Origin: Candidatus Bathyarchaeota archaeon
GTDB taxonomy: Archaea > Thermoproteota > Bathyarchaeia > Bathyarchaeales > Bathycorpusculaceae
Assembly: GCA_963772455.1 (NCBI GenBank)
Contig: CAVYXJ010000007.1
Coordinates: 422,579 to 486,578 of the forward strand
Direction of reading: 5' to 3'
DNA length: 64,000 nt
Part shown: in pieces, positions 10,025-20,023 of the stretch
Layout of the letters: the number at the start of each line of letters is the position of its first letter
Position numbering within the stretch: the stretch's first letter is position 1
Translations under genes and position numbers: made by a program
The notes under the pieces: model-generated
The model's database searches: none
Seen by the model: the letters and a program-made list of their open reading frames with translations, nothing else
What the model was told of the DNA's origin: nothing

Positions 10025-10045
10025 TTACTTAGAGAGCCTGAAACA

Positions 10046-11101
10046 CTAGAAAAGCGCATAGGGGAAGCCTTGGTTGTTTTGATAGAGTTTACCTTTTATG
10101 GGGATTTGATGTCCGCATACTGGGCATTTCATATCGTTGGTTAATTTCCATTCGGTTATGTCGAAGCTGTTGCGTTTGATTACTGCTGTATCGCAATTCG
10201 GGCAATATGTGTTCTCTGCAGCGTGACCAGGCACGTTCCCGATATAAACATAGTTTAACCCTTGGTTTTTAGCAGTCAGGTATGCTTGCTCCATATCCTT
10301 CACACCAGTAGCAGAAACAGTAGTCATCTTATACTCAGGATGAAAACGAAGCAAATGAAAAGGCGTGTCTGCTCCAAGATAAGTTTTGATCCATTTAGCC
10401 ATTTCACGGATTCTATCCAAAGAGTCTCCTATTTTTGGAACAACTAGATTGGTGAGTTCTAAGTGGACTCCAGCGAGTTTTAGTTCTTTCAGGGTTTCGT
10501 AGATTGGTTCCACACTTGGCACAGACATGACAGATTTGTAAAAATCGGGGTCGCCTCCACCCTTAAAATCAATAGTTGCTGCATCTAAATACGGCGCAAT
10601 TGTCTTCACTGCTTCAGGAGTCATGTAACCATTGCTGACAAACGTGTTAAACAAACCTGCTTCATGCGCCAGTTTAGCGCTGTCATAGGCATATTCCATA
10701 AAGATTGTTGGTTCAGTGTAAGTGTAACTGATTCCTTGGCACCCAGCATTCTGCGCCGACTTGACAACTTCTTCAGGTGGAAATGGGTTGCCGGCAACTT
10801 CATGATCTTGGCTTATCATCCAATTATCGCAGAATTGGCAACGAAAATTGCAACCCGCCGCAGCAACCGACATCACCAACGCGCCGGGATTGAAGTGCGA
10901 GAGCGGTTTTTTGCTAATCGGGTCAACTCCTACGGATACGGCTTTTCCATAGTTGAGGGCGTAAAGGGTACCACCTTGGTTTTTTCGAACCATACAAAAC
11001 CCAGTTGAATCATCACTGATTAAGCAACGCCGCGCACAAAGGCAACATTTTACTTTGCCTTCACTTTGGCGTTCATAGAGCATCGCTTCATGAAAAGACA
11101 T
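10046..11101 (-). CDS. AmmeMemoRadiSam system radical SAM enzyme
   Basis: CCLCARRC N-terminus, DPISKKPL, GCNFRCQFCDNW, YTYTEP, YVYIGN, C-terminal CxxC pairs. Confidence 0.88.
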   Translation of the reverse strand: MSFHEAMLYERQSEGKVKCCLCARRCLISDDSTGFCMVRKNQGGTLYALNYGKAVSVGVDPISKKPLSHFNPGALVMSVAAAGCNFRCQFCDNWMISQDHEVAGNPFPPEEVVKSAQNAGCQGISYTYTEPTIFMEYAYDSAKLAHEAGLFNTFVSNGYMTPEAVKTIAPYLDAATIDFKGGGDPDFYKSVMSVPSVEPIYETLKELKLAGVHLELTNLVVPKIGDSLDRIREMAKWIKTYLGADTPFHLLRFHPEYKMTTVSATGVKDMEQAYLTAKNQGLNYVYIGNVPGHAAENTYCPNCDTAVIKRNSFDITEWKLTNDMKCPVCGHQIPIKGKLYQNNQGFPYALF

Positions 11102-11223
11102 AACAAACCACAAAACAATAGAGAATTTTGCCCTTAAAAGCATTAACTACAAAAACTTGCCACAATTGACAGAGAAAAATAATTAAAAGTTATGGATGCG
11201 CTTCTCTAAAAAGGAAAATTAAA

Positions 11224-11571
11224 TTATGGTTTTTTAGTTTGCAGCAGTGTATTGTGGAAGCAACTGTATTCGCCTGTGTGACATGCTGGACCTGTTTGTT
11301 CAACTATGTAGAGCAGTGAGTCATAGTCGCAGTCAGTTAAGACTGACACGATTTTTTGAGTGTTTCCTGACGTTTCTCCTTTAATCCAAAGTTCGTTTCG
11401 GCTGCGGCTCCAATAAGTGCCCTTGCCCGTTTTGAGTGTGTGCTCGACGGCTTCACGGTTCGCAAAAGCTTGCATTATCACTTCTTTGGTTTTCGCGTCT
11501 TGCACTATGACAGGTATTAGTCCGTTGCCTTTCTTGAAGTCAAGTTTTTCTAACAATTCTTTTGTTGTCAT
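11224..11571 (-). CDS. hisI: Phosphoribosyl-AMP cyclohydrolase
   Basis: YWSRSR, KGETSGN, DCDYD, ACHTG. Confidence 0.95.
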   Translation of the reverse strand: MTTKELLEKLDFKKGNGLIPVIVQDAKTKEVIMQAFANREAVEHTLKTGKGTYWSRSRNELWIKGETSGNTQKIVSVLTDCDYDSLLYIVEQTGPACHTGEYSCFHNTLLQTKKP

Positions 11572-12371
11572 TGTCTAATTGTCACTCCCATCTTTCGCAG
11601 ATAATCTTTCACAACTGGAACTGGATAATTCTTATAGTGAAAAATTGAAGCCGCCAAAGCCGCATCGGCTTTTCCTTGGGTTAAAACGTCAAAGAGGTGT
11701 CTGGGTTCTCCTGCACCGCCACTAGCGATTATCGGAACATTGACACGTTCGGATATGGCGCGGGTCAATTCTATGTCGTAGCCATCTTTAGTGCCATCCT
11801 TATCCATCGAAGTCACAAGAAACTCGCCTGCTCCAAGAATCTCCGCTTGCTTTACCCATTCTAAAGCGTCAATACCTGTCGGCTTGCGCCCTCCATAAGT
11901 TACAACTTCAAACCACAATTTGCCCTCATCAGTGTCAACCACGATTTTTTCTTCACTTATTGTGTGGTTTCTCCTGGCATCAATAGCACATACGACACAT
12001 TGCCTACCAAAAACGTCGGCAAGTTCAGTTATCACTTTTGGATTTTCCACTGCCGCTGTGTTAACCGATACTTTATCAGCTCCACTACACAAAACAAGCC
12101 TTGCATCCGACACATTACGAACCCCCCCTCCGACAGTAAAGGGAATACTGATTGCTTTGGCGACACCTTCAACGACACCTCGCAGAATATCTCGCTTCTC
12201 CGATGACGCGGTTATATCTAGGAAAACCAACTCGTCAGCGCCATCGTCGGAATATCGCTTAGCCATTTCTACTGGATCTCCGGCTTGCTTTGGATTAAGA
12301 AAGTTTATGCACTTAACCACTTTACCATGGTCAACATCTAAACATGGAATGATACGTTTTGCTAGAGGCAT
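11568..12371 (-). CDS. hisF: Imidazole glycerol phosphate synthase cyclase subunit
   Basis: [35 protein letters not shown]. Confidence 0.95.
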   Translation of the reverse strand: MPLAKRIIPCLDVDHGKVVKCINFLNPKQAGDPVEMAKRYSDDGADELVFLDITASSEKRDILRGVVEGVAKAISIPFTVGGGVRNVSDARLVLCSGADKVSVNTAAVENPKVITELADVFGRQCVVCAIDARRNHTISEEKIVVDTDEGKLWFEVVTYGGRKPTGIDALEWVKQAEILGAGEFLVTSMDKDGTKDGYDIELTRAISERVNVPIIASGGAGEPRHLFDVLTQGKADAALAASIFHYKNYPVPVVKDYLRKMGVTIRQ

Positions 12372-12373
12372 CT

Positions 12374-13108
12374 TTAGGCTCCTATTTTTTGTAAGGCTTC
12401 TTTTAGGGTGAAACGCTTCTCATAAAGGGCTTTGCCGATAACTGCGCCTTCAACGCCGATTTCTTTGAGTGCTGCCAAATCGCCTATGTTGCCGATTCCT
12501 CCTGCCGCCACGATTTTGGCGTTTGGGTATAAGGTAGCTTGGCTGAGCGTCGTCAGATCTGGACCATTAAGCATGCCATCTTGGGCAATGGAAGTTATCA
12601 AGAATCGTCGAACACCAAGACCAGTGTACTTTTCAAGTGCATCTTCCACTGTCATGGCGGTCGCGGTTTTCCATCCTTCAACCATAACGAGCCCATCCTT
12701 ATTGTCAAGGGCAACGATGACGGATTCTGAGCCGAATTTTTTCTGGATTTTGCCAATTGCAGAGGGGTCGCTGAACGCTAAAGCTCCAAGGATGACTTGG
12801 GTGATGCCGGTTTCGAAGAGCTTTTCTGCGGTTTCGTAACTACGTATTCCACCACCGACTTGAATGGTCATCTTAACGTCTTTCGCAATCTCAGCAATGA
12901 CTGAGTGGTTGTTACCAAGCGCAAAAGCTGCATCCAAATCGATAATATGCAACTTACTTGCGCCTTCACCTCGCCAACGCTTCGCAGCTTCAACTGGGGT
13001 GCCGAATTCGATTTCATAAATTTTGGCGGTTTTCGCTTCGCCGCGGGTTAACCGCACAATTTTGCCATTCATTAAATCTATTGCCGGAATCAATTGCATA
13101 ATAATCAC
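12374..13108 (-). CDS. hisA: ProFAR isomerase
   Basis: IPAIDL, LHIIDLD, QVGGGIRS, GKALYE. Confidence 0.95.
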   Translation of the reverse strand: MIIMQLIPAIDLMNGKIVRLTRGEAKTAKIYEIEFGTPVEAAKRWRGEGASKLHIIDLDAAFALGNNHSVIAEIAKDVKMTIQVGGGIRSYETAEKLFETGITQVILGALAFSDPSAIGKIQKKFGSESVIVALDNKDGLVMVEGWKTATAMTVEDALEKYTGLGVRRFLITSIAQDGMLNGPDLTTLSQATLYPNAKIVAAGGIGNIGDLAALKEIGVEGAVIGKALYEKRFTLKEALQKIGA

Positions 13109-13710
13109 TTAATTACAGTTTTTACAAAGTTTTTTAGGATTTTTAAGCCGATTTCCCCTGATTTTTCAGGGTGAAACTGGGTGCCGTAAATGTTTTTGCT
13201 GGCTATCGCTGAAGTGAAGGTTGTTCCATACTCGGTTGTGGTGCAAACTATCTTTTTGTCTTTGGGTACTGGATAGAGCGAGTGCACGAAGTAAACGTAG
13301 GTCCCTTCCGCTATGCCATCGAAGAGTTCGTCTGACTTTACGATGTTAAGGGTGTTCCAGCCCATATGTGGTACCTTCACGGTGTGGGGCAACTGTATAT
13401 TTTTTCCCTTGAATAATGCTAAGCCATCTCCAGGACCTTCCTCGCTTTTCTCGAAGAAAAGCTGCAATCCCAAACAGATACCAAGGAGCGGAGTTCCATC
13501 TTTGATTTTAGATTGAAGGATTTCCCTAACTGCATCGAGCTTTGAAGAGGCTGCGGTGAAGCTTCCAACACCTGGCAACGCGATTGCATCGGCTTTCGCC
13601 AAGTCATGCGCTGTAGTGCCAATAGATGCAGTTAACCCGGCTTTTTCCAATGCAGTCTTTAGGCTGAGAAGATTGCCAACGCCGTAATCAAAAATCACTG
13701 CTTGAGGCAT
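13105..13710 (-). CDS. hisH: Imidazole glycerol phosphate synthase glutaminase subunit
   Basis: DYGVGNL, LPGVG, GICLG, PHMGWN, QFHPEKS. Confidence 0.95.
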   Translation of the reverse strand: MPQAVIFDYGVGNLLSLKTALEKAGLTASIGTTAHDLAKADAIALPGVGSFTAASSKLDAVREILQSKIKDGTPLLGICLGLQLFFEKSEEGPGDGLALFKGKNIQLPHTVKVPHMGWNTLNIVKSDELFDGIAEGTYVYFVHSLYPVPKDKKIVCTTTEYGTTFTSAIASKNIYGTQFHPEKSGEIGLKILKNFVKTVIK

Positions 13711-14286
13711 TAGATGACTCCTTTGGAGCTGGGCACTCCTTTACGTCTTGGATCTATAGCTATGGCTTGTCGTAACGATAAAGCGAGTGCTTTAGTGGCT
13801 GCTTCTGCTTTGTGGTGATCGTTGCTACCGTACTCAACAAAAATGTGAACATTTGCCTGTAGTGCAGTGGCTAAGGATTCAAAGAAGTGGTTGATATCTT
13901 CGGTTGGCATATCCTCTACTTTTTTGCCGCGGAGTTTGAGATCGATTTTGAAGTAGGTCCGTTTAACGAGGTCAACGGCTGCAAATGCAAGTGAGCAATC
14001 CATGGGAGCAGCTGCATTGCCAAAACGTGTAATACTTTCTCGAGTACCCAACGCCTTGTTTAATGCTTCTCCTAAGCCTAATGGCGAGGTCTTCGACGCA
14101 ATGATGCACCAAATCACCCTTCACCGATGCGGTTATGTCGATTAAGCTGTGGGTTGCAAGTGAGGTGAGCATGTGGTCAAGAAATGGCACAGCAGTGTTT
14201 ACTGATGCTTTTCCTTCGCCGTCAAGGTTCACAATAACTTTAACTTCGGTTTCTTTAGTTTTACGATAAATCTCTTCTGTCCTCAT
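13710..14286 (-). CDS. hisB: Imidazoleglycerol-phosphate dehydratase, split by one +1 frameshift near 14071-14085
   Basis: RKTKET, FLDHML, HHCVED in one frame; PMD, NDHHKAEA, PSSKG in the next; probable sequence error. Confidence 0.88.
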
Positions 14287-15408
14287 TCGTCTGCCTCTTC
14301 AATCTCTTTTAATGCTTCAACTAATTTAGCGTTCATTTCTGGCAAACCTACAGTAACACGGAAACAGTTTTCGTAATGGAGGATTTTGCCCCATTTTTTA
14401 ACCATTATTCCTTTCCAAAGCAGTTTCTGGTTTACTAACTCGATGGGTTTTTGCGTGTGCATCAACACGAAGTTGGCTTGCGAATCGAATGCTTGAACGC
14501 CTTCAATGTCGTTTAGTGCCTTTAACAGTTTTTTCCGTTCGCATTTGACTTGCTTTACTGATTCCAGCATCATGTCAACGTTGTCCAGCATTTTAGCAGC
14601 CCATTCTTAGCGTGAACCCACTCACTGGATATGGCAAAGGAGCCTTTTCGGCTAATATCTTGGCTAATTCGAGATTTGCAATAGCATAACCAAGACGAAG
14701 CGCTGCCAACCCAAATGCTTTGGAGAAGGTTCGCAAAATAATCATGTTCTCAAACTCCCGTATCCTTGGCACAAACGAGTAATCAGCGAATTCACCGTAT
14801 GCCTCATCTAAGAGCACTATTCCCGGGAACGCTTTAACCAATTTTTCTATATCTTCTGCTTTGTACTGTGTTCCGGTGGGGCTGTTAGGTGAACAAATGT
14901 AAAGCAATCTTGTTTTGTCTGAAAACTTGGAAATCATTCCCTTGACGTCAAGTTGCAGGTTTTTTTGAAGCGATACTGCAACATATTCGCCTTCTTGACG
15001 TTTAACACAGAGCCTTGGAATAGAGAATGTCGGTGCGAACGAAACTGCAATGTCGCCTTTCTCGACGAAGAGTCTTATTATGCGATCGATTAACTCGTCG
15101 CTTGCATTGCCTACAACCAGAAAATCTTTTGAAACTTTAAGGTAGCCAGCAATTTTTTCACGCAGCTTAGCTTCCTCATCTTCAGGGTACATCCGCAAAT
15201 CAATCTCATCAGCCAAATCTTTCATAAGTTTAGCCTGCTTCACACGAGGCATGAACAGGTTCTCGTTAAAGTCCAACTTAATAATCTGCTTTGTCGTAAC
15301 GCCTAACTGCTTCGCAACTGTTTCAGGTGTTGCACCAGCAGAGTAGCAGTCTATTGCCTGAAGTTTTTCCATTTTTTGTTTTATCCATTTTTGATAAGAT
15401 TCACTCAT
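14283..15408 (-). CDS. hisC: Histidinol-phosphate aminotransferase, split by one +1 frameshift near 14595-14612
   Basis: KLDFNEN, CSPNSPTG, DEAYGEF, RTFSKAFGLAALRLG; second part has SQANF and FRVTVG. Confidence 0.88.
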
Positions 15409-16706
15409 TTTTCAAACCTTGCCTTTATTGCTTTATAGTGGTTCGGAAGATTTTCTGCTTCTGTCATTACCTTGATACTATCTTTCACTCGCTCTAGCCC
15501 CACTTTAGTGCTTTCAACTATGCTTACACGCCGCATGAAATCAAATGCGGATAAACCTGAGAACGACAGGGCAAAACCGCCTGTGGGCAAAACGTGGTTG
15601 GTTCCGCTTCCATAGTCGCTTAAGGCAACAGGGCTGTAAGGACCTAAGAGTATTAAACCCGCGATCAATTTTCTAGCCAATTCTTTAGCGTTAGCGGTTA
15701 AGACCTCTAAATGCTCCGCGGCAAACTTATTAACTAAACCTACTGCCTCATCCATACTGCTGCATACTATTATGAAGCCATACTTGGATAGTGACTCTGA
15801 GACTTTTTCACTTCTTTCAACTGAAACTGCAAGCTTTGAGATGTAATCTTGAACTTGCAAAGCAACCTTCTCTGATGTCGTTATGAGCCCAGCAACGCTG
15901 TCGCCTCCATGCTCAGCCTGCGAAATCATGTCAAACGCAATTAACCTCGCGTCAGCAGACTCATCCGCCAGAATGAGAACTTCACTTGGGCCAGCAGGCA
16001 TATCAATCGCAACATCGGTGGAAACCAAAACTTTGGCTGCTGTAACGTACTTGCTTCCTGGACCAACAATTTTGCGTACAGGTTCTATTGTTTTTGTTCC
16101 ATAAGCTAATGCCGCTATGGCTTGGGCTCCACCTACTCTGTAAACTTCATCAACTCCACAAATGTCGGCTGCGACAAGCACAAGAGGGTTTACTTTTCCT
16201 TTGACATCTGAAGGTGAACAAACAACTATTCTTTGGACACCTGCAACTTTAGCTGGAACCGCAGTCATGACAAGAGTGCTTGGGTAAGCGGCTTGTCCGC
16301 CTGGAACGTAGCAACCTACGCTTTCAATTGGAAGCAGAACTGTTTGAATTGAAATACCGTCGCCTGTAGTTTTGATTTCGGTTTGAGTGAGAAGTTGCTT
16401 TTGGTAAGCGTTAACTTTTTCTTTCATGAATCTAATGGCAAAGACTTGGTCAGGTGCAGCCTTATTGTAGGCTTCCTTGATTTCCCCCGGTTTAACTCTT
16501 AAAGCTCGAAAGTTAAGTTCTGCTTTGTCAAATTTCATTGCAAGCTCAACTAACCCAGTATCGCCATCTACCTTAACCTGGTTTATGATGGCTTTAACGC
16601 TGCATTCGACTTCTTGAGTTGCTTTTTCATCTGCCTTTTGTCGTTTGAACCAGTCGACAGGTAACTCTTTTGAATTCCAGACTTTTATGCTGAACCCTTC
16701 GAGCAT
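15405..16706 (-). CDS. hisD: Histidinol dehydrogenase
   Basis: GCYVPGG, GGAQAIAALAYGT, DMPAGPSE, SQAEH, GTNHVLPT. Confidence 0.95.
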   Translation of the reverse strand: MLEGFSIKVWNSKELPVDWFKRQKADEKATQEVECSVKAIINQVKVDGDTGLVELAMKFDKAELNFRALRVKPGEIKEAYNKAAPDQVFAIRFMKEKVNAYQKQLLTQTEIKTTGDGISIQTVLLPIESVGCYVPGGQAAYPSTLVMTAVPAKVAGVQRIVVCSPSDVKGKVNPLVLVAADICGVDEVYRVGGAQAIAALAYGTKTIEPVRKIVGPGSKYVTAAKVLVSTDVAIDMPAGPSEVLILADESADARLIAFDMISQAEHGGDSVAGLITTSEKVALQVQDYISKLAVSVERSEKVSESLSKYGFIIVCSSMDEAVGLVNKFAAEHLEVLTANAKELARKLIAGLILLGPYSPVALSDYGSGTNHVLPTGGFALSFSGLSAFDFMRRVSIVESTKVGLERVKDSIKVMTEAENLPNHYKAIKARFEK

Positions 16707-17686
16707 ACTCCTTCGTTTCTCCGGGCAATCTCATCCAAAGCCAACACCTGCCTTGGTTCGTAGACAACTAGACCTTGAGCGAGTTTCCGAATTGTTGGAA
16801 GCAACTCAATTAGACAGTCTTTTTCGATTACTGTATTAACACTGACCCACGTGTCATCTGCTAAAGGCGATATCGTCGGGTTCTTTAAGGCAGGCAACTC
16901 AGTAAGCAACCGCTCCAAGTTAGCTTTTTTAACATTGACAAAAATATGGATTCTTTTTGAGCCATCAACAACTCCTTTGAGCAATGCGACTATGTCGTAG
17001 ATTTTCTCGCGTTTCTCAGGGTCTTCTAAGCTTTTTTTGTTAGCAATAAGTACGGCAGAAGACTTTAAAACAGTCTCTAATATCCGCAAGTTGTTAGCTT
17101 CAATAGTGCTGCCTGTTTCAGTTACATCCATTATGCAATCGGAGTCCTCTGGCGGCTTAGCTTCAGTCGCGCCAAACGATAAGAAAATCTTTGCTCTTTC
17201 ATTATCGCCTTTCTTCCACCATGGAGTTACAATTATTGGGTCGGAGTTACCAAACCGTTTCTTGTATTGAGATGTGTTCTTTAGATATTCGGAGGCAATA
17301 TTGAGGTATTCAGTGCTGATACGGAAGTTTTTGCCCTGACTCCATATCGACTCCATAAATTCGCCTACAGTGCTCTTTTCGGGAACACTCTTTGGAACAG
17401 CTATGACGAGTTTAATTTTCCCATATTCAAGGTTCTGGAGAATTTCAACGTCCGCTTTGTTTTCCTTAACCCAATCTTCACCTGTAATACCAAGGTCTTG
17501 CAAACCTTCGTTAACAAAGACCGGGATCTCTTGGGGCCTTAGAACTTTCATTTCAATCTGAGGGTCATTTATACTAGGACGATATGTTCGTTCTGTTCCG
17601 CCAATTTTGAACCCTGATTTAGAGAAGAATTCTGCAGTTGCTTTTTCTAGAGAACCTTTTGGGATTGCAAATTTTATTTTATCCAT
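16685..17686 (-). CDS. hisG: ATP phosphoribosyltransferase (long form)
   Basis: AIPKGSL, RPQEIP, SFGATEAKPP, DVTETGST, C-terminal regulatory domain PTISPL. Confidence 0.95.
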   Translation of the reverse strand: MDKIKFAIPKGSLEKATAEFFSKSGFKIGGTERTYRPSINDPQIEMKVLRPQEIPVFVNEGLQDLGITGEDWVKENKADVEILQNLEYGKIKLVIAVPKSVPEKSTVGEFMESIWSQGKNFRISTEYLNIASEYLKNTSQYKKRFGNSDPIIVTPWWKKGDNERAKIFLSFGATEAKPPEDSDCIMDVTETGSTIEANNLRILETVLKSSAVLIANKKSLEDPEKREKIYDIVALLKGVVDGSKRIHIFVNVKKANLERLLTELPALKNPTISPLADDTWVSVNTVIEKDCLIELLPTIRKLAQGLVVYEPRQVLALDEIARRNEGVCSKGSA

Positions 17687-17940
17687 AATTTTCCACCTAA
17701 ATTTTTAGAGAAACTTCTGAGGGTTTCTTGTTTTGTTAAAATGGTTGTTTGACGAGATGCGCCTGATTCTAAATAACTAAACGTTTCACTACTTATGCGA
17801 TTCTTGCATTTACTCGCAATGAAGACAATCGCCCTGTATGAACGCAATCCCTCATCATATACCACTGAAAGACACCTGAACGCCTGTCTTCCTAATAAAT
17901 CTGTTTCCCAATATTTAACTGTCGGACAATCTCAAATCGA

Positions 17941-18534
17941 CTAACTTGAACGCGGCTTAATCTCAAAAACCAACGGTGCTACTGAATTCCGCGTTTCCAA
18001 CTCTACACCCAGAAGTCCTTCCAAAATGCCCTTCCAAATTTCACTATCGTGAATAAAGGGTCTTTTCAAAAGTAAAAACTTGTCTTTTAGAAAGAAGTCA
18101 CCGAATCCCTGTACTTTTAACCTATTGAAGATTTCTTCCCAATTCTCTGGTTTGCTCGCATCAACTCCCAATGTTGATTGTATAGAAACTTTTAAGGCAT
18201 CACCCATTTTTTCTCCTACTGAAGGCCATTTTTCTTTGGGAATATGTTGGGTTAAAATGTTGAGTAATTCGACATTAACAAATGCGGTTCGACTTATTCC
18301 ACAATAGTATTCACCTGGGAAACGCCAATCGTAAATCATCATGCTCTTGTAAATGTCAAGCATCTTTGATATAAGCGGCTTAATTCCAGCTTCTTTACCT
18401 TCTTTGATTAATGACTCAATAAATTCTCGTTCGCCCTTTTCTAAAATAATTGTTGTTCGTTTTGCTTCTTCACTCTTCTCTTTAGGCGCCTCAGAGCTAT
18501 TTCGCTTAGTACCAAGCATAGAAACTATTCTCAT
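17941..18534 (-). CDS. Hypothetical protein, possibly RHH plus V4R-like ligand-binding regulator
   Basis: RTTIILE strand plus helices; C-terminal GEKMG...QGFG...GILEGLLG pattern reminiscent of V4R. Confidence 0.5.
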   Translation of the reverse strand: MRIVSMLGTKRNSSEAPKEKSEEAKRTTIILEKGEREFIESLIKEGKEAGIKPLISKMLDIYKSMMIYDWRFPGEYYCGISRTAFVNVELLNILTQHIPKEKWPSVGEKMGDALKVSIQSTLGVDASKPENWEEIFNRLKVQGFGDFFLKDKFLLLKRPFIHDSEIWKGILEGLLGVELETRNSVAPLVFEIKPRSS

Positions 18535-18641
18535 AGAAATATCTAATATGCCTTATGTATTCAGCAAGCATATTCAAAATCAATGTTTTTCGTAAAAAAA
18601 ATCAAAGAATCTTAATAAAATAGATTCTGACTCTAAGGTGC

Positions 18642-18698
18642 TGCCGATGAAGAACCTAAACCGCTGATTTGATGATGCACCCTAGGGTATCTGAGGCA
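18642..18698 (+). ncRNA. Box C/D methylation guide sRNA
   Basis: TGCC/GGCA terminal stem; C-like CCGATGA, 13-nt guide, D' CTGA, C' TTGATGA, 15-nt guide, D CTGA; intergenic. Confidence 0.8.
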
Positions 18699-18702
18699 AA
18701 AT

Positions 18703-18936
18703 TTACTCAATCACTTTCTTTCTATAAAGGTAAACTAACAATACTAATCCAAAAATGAACAGCAAAGCGCCAACAACAATAGAAGCAATGTAATCTACCT
18801 TAAGAATATCTGATAACAAGTACGGAATATAAGTTGGACCGACAAATATCAAGACCCCCGCAACAATTATTAATAGTACTTTCATATATTTCGAGTCTAA
18901 ACCGCTAACTTGTACATTTTCACTATTTTCTGTCAT
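18703..18936 (-). CDS. Small two-TM membrane protein
   Basis: Two hydrophobic segments; GAGG RBS; 15 bp after the PAC2 gene. Confidence 0.7.
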   Translation of the reverse strand: MTENSENVQVSGLDSKYMKVLLIIVAGVLIFVGPTYIPYLLSDILKVDYIASIVVGALLFIFGLVLLVYLYRKKVIE

Positions 18937-18951
18937 GCAACGCCCAACCTC

Positions 18952-19620
18952 TCACTCTTCAGGTGCATTTGTTTCTACTAATCCTTCTTTTATCTCTTTT
19001 CCTAACGACTTCATTAAAAACTTGAAAACCAAGAATCCGGCACCTTTGTCTGCCTTAAAACCCATAGTTGTACCCAGTAAACCAACGCCGTCAATTTTTC
19101 TCTCCTTAGCTAACGCAAGCGTCAACCCTGTCCCTCCGACAATTCTACCTTTACTGTAAATTACTGCACCTTTCTCCATAAATTCAGTTGCTAATCGGGA
19201 AGATGTTGCAGCAACGTAAACCTGAGTTTTATCCTCAGCTATTGGAACCCCACCCATAGTTACAATGAAGTGACAACCTATCGTTTCAACAAAATCAAGT
19301 ACTGAATCACAAACATCATAATGTGCTACTACATCATCAAATGAAGGTTGAATTTCACCTGTCATTATAACTAGATTGTTTTTCTCCATAGGAGCGTAAT
19401 AGAACTCATAGTGAGGTAGTTGACAGATGCCTTTTGTGTCAATAGAAACGTAATCTGGAAAAGAAGGAGAATACATTTCTGCAAAAAGTTTCGCATCAAA
19501 GAACTTTATGAGCAGATGTGCTGCAATCCTACCTACGTTTCCGAATCCTGGAAGACCCTGAACAAAAATTGGATTTTCAAGAGTTGGATTCGACAGTTTA
19601 CGCAAATAAGGCTTATCCAA
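18952..19620 (-). CDS. Proteasome assembly chaperone PAC2 family protein
   Basis: QGLPGFGNVGRIAA, YSPSFP, VTMGG, IVGGTG. Confidence 0.85.
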   Translation of the reverse strand: MDKPYLRKLSNPTLENPIFVQGLPGFGNVGRIAAHLLIKFFDAKLFAEMYSPSFPDYVSIDTKGICQLPHYEFYYAPMEKNNLVIMTGEIQPSFDDVVAHYDVCDSVLDFVETIGCHFIVTMGGVPIAEDKTQVYVAATSSRLATEFMEKGAVIYSKGRIVGGTGLTLALAKERKIDGVGLLGTTMGFKADKGAGFLVFKFLMKSLGKEIKEGLVETNAPEE

Positions 19621-19751
19621 AGCAAATCATCCGTCCCATAGAAAGAATGTTCCACACTAAAATCCTTTTGCTGGAGAAACGAAAAAGAAACTATTAATAT
19701 TTGACATCTTAAGTTATAGTTACTTCACCCAAAATAATATCGCAAATATGT

Positions 19752-19830
19752 AGCGGGGTGGGGTAGCCAGGATTAACCCGCTGGGCTCATAACCCAGAGA
19801 TCACTAGTTCAAATCTAGTCCCCGCTACCA
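19752..19830 (+). tRNA. Initiator tRNA-Met (CAT), intronless, encoded CCA
   Basis: Cloverleaf: AGCGGGG/CCCCGCT acceptor (A1-U72), GGGT/ACCC D stem, CTGGG-CTCATAA-CCCAG anticodon arm with 3 G-C pairs, ACTAG-TTCAAAT-CTAGT T arm. Confidence 0.96.
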
Positions 19831-20023
19831 ACAAATAACAAAATTTTTTGATTAATCTAAAATATTCTTCTTCAAGTTCATAAACAACAATTTTGATTCA
19901 ATTAGTAAATTTTAATCAACCAAATCTTTTCAATAATTTCATGCTTGAGTAAAACTCAAAAAAAATATGCCGTTTACTGTAAAAGTAAATAAATAAGTTG
20001 ACATTACATAACAGAAACTTCGT

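Noticed and set aside
13710-15408. hisB/hisC as true pseudogenes or programmed frameshifts
   Set aside because: Single +1 events, no other decay and no slippery heptamer; sequence error is more parsimonious, though unproven
17852-17858. ATGATGA in the his leader as a C box
   Set aside because: No downstream D or D' box on that strand
19752-20023. tRNA followed by AT-rich DNA as a possible integration site
   Set aside because: I saw no integrase, no duplicated tRNA 3' end and no phage-like genes in the window
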